DNA of 64,000 nt from an uncultured Schlesneria sp. Its GTDB lineage: Bacteria > Planctomycetota > Planctomycetia > Planctomycetales > Planctomycetaceae. The stretch spans positions 415 through 64,414 of the forward strand of contig CAXBSB010000006.1 in the NCBI GenBank assembly GCA_963977965.1. Reading direction: 5' to 3'. Under the pieces are notes generated by a model. That model saw only the letters and a list, made by a program, of their open reading frames with translations, was not told the origin of the DNA and ran no database searches. Each line of letters begins with the position of its first letter. The first letter of the stretch is position 1. Both the position numbers and the translations under genes were made by a program. This document shows positions 40,793 through 48,675 of this stretch, one piece after another.

Positions 40793-41968
40793 TCATCGGG
40801 ATTGGTTCAGCGCGACGATCACACCGACAATGGCAGCAATCGTCAGAACTGCCGCCATGATCTTGAACAGGCTATAGGGCCGCTCGCCGGAAACTTCACC
40901 CGTTACGGCGTTAATGATAACGCGATACGACTTTTCTTTGTAACGATACGCCATCAGCCAGACAGGTAGCAGAAGATGCTTGAATGTGACGTCACTGTAG
41001 TGCGTCCGTTGTGACGAAATACTCTGCTCATCACCACCGATCCGCTGCCGGACATCACTCGTCAATTCTCCTTCGATTCTCTGACGTGCCACTCCGAACC
41101 CATCTTCCAGGGTGACGTCGTAGGTCCGCGCATAGAATCCCGCCAGGACTTGCTGAGTGAATGGGAGACAATTCTTCAGCGGCCAAGGTTCGAGGCTTCG
41201 CAATAAAGCTTCATTTTCCGCTTTCACCGCCACAATCAGGACATCATCGAAAAAACGCTGAAATCGGCCGGAGCGAAAACTCCACGAAATACGTCGCTCC
41301 TGCCGCTGGTCTTTTCCCTCGCCAACAGTGACGTAGTAATAGTCGCCGCGCTGTCCGGAATAAGCCGTATCGGTCTGAGTGTCGAAAGTGTAATACGGCA
41401 GGTAAATGCCGTTGAATTTTCCGCTGGCTCCGTCTCGCAGGAACTGGTTGGGAGCCCACCAGAGAGACTGCACCCATTGACGCAGTCGCCCGGCAGCGTC
41501 AGGTTCGGTAATTTGAAACGGAAGGACGCCATCGACGGGAATTCGCGTCGGCGCATCGTGGATTTTGTCCCGCTGCAGGGGGCAGGCACAGTAGGGACAT
41601 TCGGAACTGGTCAGAGTCCCTTGAAAAACAACTTCTGCTCCACAGGCTCCGCACCGTACCGCATGTTCGTTCTCGGCACTCTCGTCGTCTTCATGCCCTT
41701 CCTGATGTTGCCGCCGTAACTTTTCAACCATCGCTGCGAAGTCATTTTCAGAGACCTTGGAATCTTCGGCGATTTCGATGGTCTTCATAGCACCACAGAA
41801 CGGGCACTTCAGGCTTTGAGTTCCAATCGAAAACTGCAGATCTGCTCCGCACTCATCGCACGGAAAGATCCGTCCCTTGCCGTCGTCGACGGTGTCCCCG
41901 TGTCCCGCAACTTTCTGCTCGCGGAATTCGTCGTCGGGCTGACTGTTTTTGGGATGAGGTTCGGGCAT
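40793..41968 (-). CDS. Zinc-ribbon membrane protein (YdjG-like)
   Basis: CxxC pairs (CDEC, CPFC, CGAC, CPYC), PDGVLPF-like motif, GIYLPYYTFD, TFKHLLLPVW, VIINAVTGEVSGERP, C-terminal TM. Confidence 0.75.
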   Translation of the reverse strand: MPEPHPKNSQPDDEFREQKVAGHGDTVDDGKGRIFPCDECGADLQFSIGTQSLKCPFCGAMKTIEIAEDSKVSENDFAAMVEKLRRQHQEGHEDDESAENEHAVRCGACGAEVVFQGTLTSSECPYCACPLQRDKIHDAPTRIPVDGVLPFQITEPDAAGRLRQWVQSLWWAPNQFLRDGASGKFNGIYLPYYTFDTQTDTAYSGQRGDYYYVTVGEGKDQRQERRISWSFRSGRFQRFFDDVLIVAVKAENEALLRSLEPWPLKNCLPFTQQVLAGFYARTYDVTLEDGFGVARQRIEGELTSDVRQRIGGDEQSISSQRTHYSDVTFKHLLLPVWLMAYRYKEKSYRVIINAVTGEVSGERPYSLFKIMAAVLTIAAIVGVIVALNQSR

Positions 41969-42036
41969 AGATTCCCTGTCCGTCAAGCGCCCGATGCGAT
42001 CTGTCGGGCGCCAACTTCAATCTTCAAATATCATGG

Positions 42037-44025
42037 TCACTTCGTCTTTTGTGGCTTCAATTGCCATCGCTCGTCAAAAAAGTCTGCTGCGACGACTTTG
42101 CCCGGGAACCTGCTGTTCGGGGGAGTTCGGACATCGACAATGGCCCAGTCTGGCAGCTTGGCCGTCTGCCGGGCATTGTTCAGGTAATCGTATTCGCGGT
42201 AGGTAAAGCTGCTGTTGAGAACCACGTACTTCTCAGGATTCAGGGGGTTTGGGTAGATGGCGATCAATGCATGCTGTGCCGAATCAAACGATTGCTGACC
42301 TGCTTGAACGGAAGTTGCCGTCCATTGGATTGGAAGTTTGTCCGCAATTTTTGCCAGAATCTTGTTTGACTGTGAATCGCCCCACAACACCAGATTTGAT
42401 CCTGCGATATCGGCGTCTGTGATTTCGCTGTCAGACTTCACGACCGCGTCGCCACGCATCTGCTGTCGCCAGTGAGTCACCGCGTGATCCATTTCCGACT
42501 TCACCCACTTGTCGACCGCTTCGCTGCGACAGGCGCCGCTCGGTTTGACAAAGATGAACGAATCCAGGAACGCATCGTCGATCGGTCCCTGTAAGCCGTG
42601 CTTTTTCCGCAGTCCTGATAGTGTACCGGGCTTCCATCCTTCGGGGCCGAGCACGAACGAAGCGGGACCAGTCGCAGGAAGATCAAATGCTGTCCCAGAT
42701 CCGAAACTCACTTTTCTTGGTGAGCCCTTTGGCGGACTGAGTGTCAGTGCCGAAACATTGTTCGCCGTGACGTTCAGTGTGCTTTCAGTTGGCTTCACGA
42801 CAACGCGAGCTTCTTCCCAATGCTCCTTCATTCCATCGACCGTCAACCAGTGCATCGTGTTGTAGCTTAACGAATAGGTGACGAACTGGATCGACGAGGG
42901 AGACCGGTTGATCCCCTTGACCGCCCACTCCGCCAGTTTCGCTTCAATCTCCTTGCGAGATTCCGGGTGAATACTGTGGGCCGTCATCGGTCCGATGATG
43001 TGCAGCAGCTTCATCCCTTCGCGTTCGAATGCAGTCGCCATGATATCGGCGGCCTGCTTCTGTTTGTCCATGTCACCGCTGTAGGCGACCGTTGGAAGTT
43101 GTGCCAGATTGACCGCGTAGCCGGGGCAATCGTACATCCGCCACAACTTCTGTTCGTACCACGTCGGTGCCAGAGTCTCGTTCTGGAAAACCTTCAGGAA
43201 CTCAGGCGTTTCCGAAAATCCCGCACCGGGATTGGCTGCGAACCAGCGATCGGCATAGTGCACCGCAAATTGCCACGCAGCAGCTCCCCCCATCGAGAAC
43301 CCGCGAACGGCGATCCGATCTGGATCGACGCGATACTGCTGCTGAACGGCTGCCAGAGCTTCAAACGAATCGACTTCGCCGGCAAACTTGTTGGCGTTGC
43401 AGTATCGACCGTAAGGATGCAGCACGATTGTGTCCGCTGGCGAGATGGCTCCAACGTTCTTCGAACGATCGTTCAAGAAATTCACTTCACTCAATGTTTC
43501 GCCACGACCGTGAAACCAGAAATCGAGGCGATAGGGTTTCTGGCCACTGAAATCATAATTGGCAGGAATAACCAGTCCGTAAGGCTGGACCGTTCGATCG
43601 ATTTTCGAGATGTATCCACGAACGACAACGCCGGTTTGTTGCGTCCAGGGAGCCTTTCCCGCCAGCAGGCTTTCTGCTCGCTGCTGACCTTGCATCAACA
43701 GGCTTTTCGCAACGGGGATTTCCTTGGCATCAAAGAACTCGCGATACTTGAGGGCCTGTTCGACAGCTCGATGATAGATCAAGACATCGGGAAGCAGTTT
43801 GCGGGTTTGAGCGTCAGTACTCTGCTGCAGACTGGCGATCTGTTGACCGAGTTTCGCCAAGCCTTGCTCCAATTCGGCCCGGTCCGCTTCGGGAACTTCG
43901 ACGCCAATCTTGGGGACTCTGCGGACGTTGTCAGCCACGTTGTCGGCCGGACCATCGGCCAGTGCCTGGGCAAACGATCCTAATACGAGTGCGAAACCGA
44001 GTATCCAAACCTGTCGATCAACCAT
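42037..44025 (-). CDS. Secreted alpha/beta hydrolase (prolyl oligopeptidase/esterase-like)
   Basis: Signal peptide, SKIDRTVQPYGL, WFHGRGE, nucleophile GFSMGG, AYSGDMD.QKQA, AHS. Confidence 0.85.
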   Translation of the reverse strand: MVDRQVWILGFALVLGSFAQALADGPADNVADNVRRVPKIGVEVPEADRAELEQGLAKLGQQIASLQQSTDAQTRKLLPDVLIYHRAVEQALKYREFFDAKEIPVAKSLLMQGQQRAESLLAGKAPWTQQTGVVVRGYISKIDRTVQPYGLVIPANYDFSGQKPYRLDFWFHGRGETLSEVNFLNDRSKNVGAISPADTIVLHPYGRYCNANKFAGEVDSFEALAAVQQQYRVDPDRIAVRGFSMGGAAAWQFAVHYADRWFAANPGAGFSETPEFLKVFQNETLAPTWYEQKLWRMYDCPGYAVNLAQLPTVAYSGDMDKQKQAADIMATAFEREGMKLLHIIGPMTAHSIHPESRKEIEAKLAEWAVKGINRSPSSIQFVTYSLSYNTMHWLTVDGMKEHWEEARVVVKPTESTLNVTANNVSALTLSPPKGSPRKVSFGSGTAFDLPATGPASFVLGPEGWKPGTLSGLRKKHGLQGPIDDAFLDSFIFVKPSGACRSEAVDKWVKSEMDHAVTHWRQQMRGDAVVKSDSEITDADIAGSNLVLWGDSQSNKILAKIADKLPIQWTATSVQAGQQSFDSAQHALIAIYPNPLNPEKYVVLNSSFTYREYDYLNNARQTAKLPDWAIVDVRTPPNSRFPGKVVAADFFDERWQLKPQKTK

Positions 44026-44278
44026 TCATCCGCCTCACTTCGTTTCAGAGTCATCCGTGGAAGTTCAAAGGTGCCGTGCAAACAGACTGCGGTTTATTGG
44101 CGAAAAATCAAGGCCGACGAACAAAACGGGGCTCATACGGATTGACATGGAGACCAATGATCTGCTGCCAGTTGCTGTGTCGCTAGCTGTGGCCCGGCGA
44201 TCGATCCGGTGGTACTTGATCGCGTATGTGGATAGAGTTGCAGTGTAGTGGACGTCAATCGATCATTTGAGATGTGCC

Positions 44279-44620
44279 ATGAGCAAAAATCTGAATCTCC
44301 GAAAGTCAGGCTTTCTTGGTGTCCCGAACACCAGTGTGGGATGGTGGTCAATCTACCTGATGCTGATGTTTCTCGGATTATTTGGAGGCTGGATCGCGTA
44401 TGTGTGGGCGACTCCCATAGCGCGCCCGACATTCTATTCAGATCCGCTTCACGCTGCCCTGCTTCTCGGCGCGACGGTTGCTGGTCTGGGCGGGGGCGTG
44501 GTCGGAGTGCTAGCATTCGTAATCGGACGCGAACGGTCACTTCTTATTCTACCGAGCATCATTGTGGGCGGGTTGGTTCTATTTGTTGTGATCGGCACGA
44601 TGGCAGGCCTGAACACTTGA
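44279..44620 (+). CDS. Hypothetical membrane protein (3 TM)
   Basis: Three hydrophobic segments and a 'GRERSLL' loop. Confidence 0.65.
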   Translation: MSKNLNLRKSGFLGVPNTSVGWWSIYLMLMFLGLFGGWIAYVWATPIARPTFYSDPLHAALLLGATVAGLGGGVVGVLAFVIGRERSLLILPSIIVGGLVLFVVIGTMAGLNT

Positions 44621-44641
44621 GGTGTGACGCAGGAGTGAAGC

Positions 44642-45913
44642 TCATGTCGCTGGTAACAACCTCTCCAGGGCATCGCAAGCTGTCGACACTCCATTCTCAC
44701 GGCGGACGGCTTCTCCGATCCTGGCTGCATTTCGAGCGTAGCTCTCATCATTCAGCAGGATTTGAAGTTCCTGGACCAGGTTCTCGGGTGTATATCGCTT
44801 CCGCAACAGTTTGCGCCCGATGCCAAGTCGAGTCACGCGCGCTGCATTGTCAAACTGATCGTGAGCCTGGGGCATGATCAGCATCGGAATGCCGGATTGC
44901 ATGGCGAGTGCAGTCGTGCCGACCCCACCGATATGGACAATCAGCGAAGCCTTGGGAAACAACTGGGCAAACGGAACGTACTCGCACGTGATGACACCTT
45001 TGGGAATTGATCTGGGTCGGTTCCCAGGTTCCTTCCCGACTATCAGGATGGCCCGCTGTCCGAGTTTTTCTGTTGCCACCGCACTGCATTCGTAAAACGA
45101 ACCAGCGTTCAGCACTCCAGATGATCCAAGAGTGAAAACGATGGGCGGTGGACCTTCATTCAGGAACTGCGTGAGTTCGGGTGACAGTCCCGACTGATCA
45201 TCCGTATCAAAAAACGGAAAGCCACTCACGATCAAATTCGCGGGCCAGTCGGACTGCTTCTGCGCGAACTCGGGCGAAAACATCGCCAGAATAAGTGCTG
45301 GCGAATGCGATCCTTCAAACAGCGGATTATCCGCTGTGCGAGGCAGTCCCAGTTCGGCTCGCAGTTGATGCCACGGTCGGGCCAACCCCGCACAACTCTT
45401 CTTCGCCAGCCAGAACACGAACTTGTGAAACGTAGGCCCAAGAAAGCGAACTTTCGAAAGGTAACGTGCCTGTGGCAGAATTGGCGGATCGTAAGCAGAG
45501 AAAAAGCAGATTGGCTGAAGATAGGTGCTTGCCCAGGCAATTCCGGATTTCTCTGCGACCAGCGGCGCTGCGTAAGTGAGGATATGGGAGACCAACAGGT
45601 CCGCCCCCTGAACGGCGGCAGTCAGGTCGTCATACGAATCCTTGAGAAACGGCATCAGCATGTTCTGGATGATATGCTCGGTCCCAGACCGCGAGTCCAT
45701 CACGGATCGCATGACGCTATGGTCGCCATCCAGATCCGGCGCATCGGGTCGAATTGGATGAAACCCGATCCCGTGCCGTTCAACCTTTTCGCGGTAGCGG
45801 TTTGCCGTCGCAATCACGACATCGTGCCCGCGCGCTTTCAGGCCGCGTGCCAACGCAAGATACGGATACAGGTCTCCCAGCGTCCCGTATGTCGTAATGA
45901 CAATCCGCCCCAT
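44642..45913 (-). CDS. Glycosyltransferase family 1 (RhlB/MGT-like, UDP-sugar)
   Basis: TYGTLGDLYPY, PIVFTLGSS, YVPFAQLFP, VHIGGVGTT, PQAHDQFDNA. Confidence 0.9.
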   Translation of the reverse strand: MGRIVITTYGTLGDLYPYLALARGLKARGHDVVIATANRYREKVERHGIGFHPIRPDAPDLDGDHSVMRSVMDSRSGTEHIIQNMLMPFLKDSYDDLTAAVQGADLLVSHILTYAAPLVAEKSGIAWASTYLQPICFFSAYDPPILPQARYLSKVRFLGPTFHKFVFWLAKKSCAGLARPWHQLRAELGLPRTADNPLFEGSHSPALILAMFSPEFAQKQSDWPANLIVSGFPFFDTDDQSGLSPELTQFLNEGPPPIVFTLGSSGVLNAGSFYECSAVATEKLGQRAILIVGKEPGNRPRSIPKGVITCEYVPFAQLFPKASLIVHIGGVGTTALAMQSGIPMLIMPQAHDQFDNAARVTRLGIGRKLLRKRYTPENLVQELQILLNDESYARNAARIGEAVRRENGVSTACDALERLLPAT

Positions 45914-46116
45914 GCCCGATCCTTCCGGCGTTAAACTGATGCGACCGACCGCCTGACCATCTGGAAACATCAGAAAGCTTCGGCGGAAAGCTTCGACGTT
46001 CCGTAGAATCTACAAATCGATTTCTACCAAAGCCGGCGCGGCATTGCGACCAATATTGTCGAACTGGCATGGCCCGCGCGAAGTTCCATCCGCGATTTTC
46101 TTCTGATACGTCGTTG

Positions 46117-46329
46117 GAATGCAGGTTTACCACAGGGGACACAGAGAAGGCACGGAGGAAAGCGGTCAGCATCGTTGATCGGCTTGCGATCATGGATCCC
46201 TCACGACATGACCTTCTAATGTCAGCATAATGATTCACAGGCTGCAATGGGGCTCACACACTTCGCAGGTCCTGATCGCCGTGTTTTCCTCTGTGCCTCC
46301 TCTGTGTCCCCTGTGGTAAACCTGTATTC
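46117..46329. repeat. MITE/REPIN-like element with 45-bp terminal inverted arms (CACAGAG family)
   Basis: Arms 46117-46161 and 46285-46329 match at 42 of 45 positions around a 123-bp core. Confidence 0.85.
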
Positions 46330-46537
46330 CCGCTGGCAAATTCGTTCCCCTGTCGCGATTCTCGAGCTGCTGGAACGCAACGTGAGAAGTAACGGGGTGA
46401 GTGTCAGCAATCCCTGTAGCGACTGACCCTCGTGTATGGTAGAGTTTCCATCAGATCTGTCCGATGCATTGTCGGTTCGAGGGAGCTTTCCAGTCGCTTA
46501 CGTGGCGCGGTAGTTCACAATTGCAGGAGTCGACGGA

Positions 46538-48673
46538 ATGTTTTCGCTGCTTGGCGATTCGGCAAAGCTTTGTGATGGGCTGACGCGGCGAGAATGGATG
46601 CGTATCGGCGGACTCGGGACACTTGGACTCTCGCTCCCGAATCTGCTTCAGGCACGCGATTCACTCCCGGCAGGAGTTCTGCCTACAGACAAAACCTTTG
46701 GCAAAGCAAAGAATGTCATCTTTCTGTATTTGCTCGGTGGGCCACCTCAACACGAGACATTTGATCCAAAGCCGGAAGCCCCGCTGGAAGTTCGAGGACC
46801 ATTCAAGCCAATCAACACCAATGTTCCCGGAATCGATTTCTGTGAACTGCTGCCTCGCACCGCACGAATTGCCGACAAGCTGGCCATTGTCCGATCCATC
46901 TCAACCGACGACAACAATCATGACAGCAGCGGCTACCAGTTGTTAACCGGCTATAAGTACATCGGTCCCAACTCCCGCACCATCCAGGCAACCGACTGGC
47001 CCTGTCTGTCCTCCATGGTCAAGATGCTCAAACCAAGTGAAGTCTTGCCACCACTTTCCGCCGTGACCATACCTGATCTGTGGAGACTGAACGAAAACGT
47101 GACGCCAGCAGGTCAGACAGGGGGATTCCTGGGCAGTCAGTGGAATCCCGATGTGTTTGTCGGCGACCCGGCAGCAGCGAACTACAAAGTCCAAGGACTT
47201 CAACTCAGTTCATTGCCGCCTCTGCGAATTCGACAGCGAGAAGATCTTCTGAAGCAAGTGGAACAGCACTTCGCAACTGCAGAGCGAGGGGAATACTCTC
47301 GCAACTATCAAAAGTTTCAACAGCAGTCATTCGAACTGATGACGTCAACGCGAGCTCGCGATGCGTTCGATCTTTCGAAAGAACCCGAGGTTTTACGGCG
47401 TGCTTACGGCATGACGACCTGGGGACAAAGCTTGTTGCTGGCGCGGCGATTGATTGAATCGGGCGTGCGACTGGTCCACGTCAACTGGCCTCGTGAACCA
47501 GGCGACAATGCTGTCGACAACCCTTTGTGGGACACGCATGCCCAGAATGCCGACCGAGTGGAAGATGTCCTGTGCCCGCAGTTTGATGTCAGCTTTTCAG
47601 CATTCATCCATGATCTTGATCAGCGAGGCCTGCTGAGCGAAACACTCGTTGTTGCAATCGGTGAGTTTGGTCGCACGCCGTCGATCAATGCCAATGGAGG
47701 GCGCGATCACTGGGGCCCTGTCTTCAGTTTTGCGATGGCTGGGGCAGGAATCGCAGCAGGCCAGGTCTATGGCGCCAGCGACGCGAATGGGGCTTATCCA
47801 GCACGCGATAAGGTCTCGGGCGGCGATCTGACTGCAACAATTTTCCACCTGCTCGGGATTCCGCATTCCTCAACGTTTCATGATCGTGAAGGCCGTGAAC
47901 ATAAGCTGACTCCGGGATCGCCGATCTATCCGATCCTGGGACTCGACCCCGCCACCCGCGAACGCCGCGAATGTACGGGTGATCTCGCTCGAGTTCCTCC
48001 CTTCAGCCAGATCATGCTGTTGAATACTGACTTTGAAGCCAGCGAACCGCTCTATTCCGGCGACACAAATCGTCCCAAAGGCTGGCGGGGGTTTCCATTG
48101 ATGGAAACACCGACCAGTCGATTTGGTGCTTCGCTCGTGACAGGTGATCCCACAAATTCGTTGAGTGGCCGTAACCATGCCGTGCTGGGCGTTCGTCAAA
48201 GTGAGAGCATAATTCGAATCGCCAAAGGAGAAACGGCATTTCTGGCACAAGAGATTCGCAGCCCGTTTGCGGGGAAGTATGTGCTCAAAGTCCCCGTTCG
48301 GGCCGCAGGCTCATCACGAGAATTCTTCCACGATGTCTTTCTGAAGCAGTTTGCGTTTCGGCTGCAATTCTTCCAGTTCACGACGAAAGCCAAGCTGGCA
48401 ACCGAACGGAAAGAACTCGCTTCAATGACATTCGTGCCGCGATTTGCCGAGCAACCGAAAGGCTATGAAATCTTCACCCTGGAAAAGGTCTTCGAAAACC
48501 CAAGCCCCGGCGGGAATTTCTCGTTTGGCCTGGGGATGGGGATCGCCATCATCATCGAAAAAACGGCCGAAGGAGTCCTGACCGTTCCCGCGACAGAGAT
48601 GGCGGTTCTGCAGATTGATGATGTCGCGGTGGAATTCACGGGCAAGGCTCGCATTGAAACGGTCAAGGTCTAG
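46538..48673 (+). CDS. DUF1501 domain protein with ~240-aa C-terminal extension
   Basis: LCDGLTRREWMRIG, YLLGGPPQHETFDPKP, LLARRLIESGVRLV, WDTH, GEFGRTP.IN..GGRDHW, GQVYGASD. Confidence 0.92.
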   Translation: MFSLLGDSAKLCDGLTRREWMRIGGLGTLGLSLPNLLQARDSLPAGVLPTDKTFGKAKNVIFLYLLGGPPQHETFDPKPEAPLEVRGPFKPINTNVPGIDFCELLPRTARIADKLAIVRSISTDDNNHDSSGYQLLTGYKYIGPNSRTIQATDWPCLSSMVKMLKPSEVLPPLSAVTIPDLWRLNENVTPAGQTGGFLGSQWNPDVFVGDPAAANYKVQGLQLSSLPPLRIRQREDLLKQVEQHFATAERGEYSRNYQKFQQQSFELMTSTRARDAFDLSKEPEVLRRAYGMTTWGQSLLLARRLIESGVRLVHVNWPREPGDNAVDNPLWDTHAQNADRVEDVLCPQFDVSFSAFIHDLDQRGLLSETLVVAIGEFGRTPSINANGGRDHWGPVFSFAMAGAGIAAGQVYGASDANGAYPARDKVSGGDLTATIFHLLGIPHSSTFHDREGREHKLTPGSPIYPILGLDPATRERRECTGDLARVPPFSQIMLLNTDFEASEPLYSGDTNRPKGWRGFPLMETPTSRFGASLVTGDPTNSLSGRNHAVLGVRQSESIIRIAKGETAFLAQEIRSPFAGKYVLKVPVRAAGSSREFFHDVFLKQFAFRLQFFQFTTKAKLATERKELASMTFVPRFAEQPKGYEIFTLEKVFENPSPGGNFSFGLGMGIAIIIEKTAEGVLTVPATEMAVLQIDDVAVEFTGKARIETVKV

Positions 48674-48675
48674 CG

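Noticed and set aside
42967-43983. 338-aa plus-strand ORF and other long antisense ORFs over real genes
   Set aside because: They are shadow frames of well-supported opposite-strand genes and lack family motifs.
46436-46484. tRNA-like words TGGTAGAG and GGTTCGAG at roughly tRNA spacing
   Set aside because: No T-stem pairing (GTCGG against GAGCT) and no acceptor or anticodon stem, so not a tRNA.
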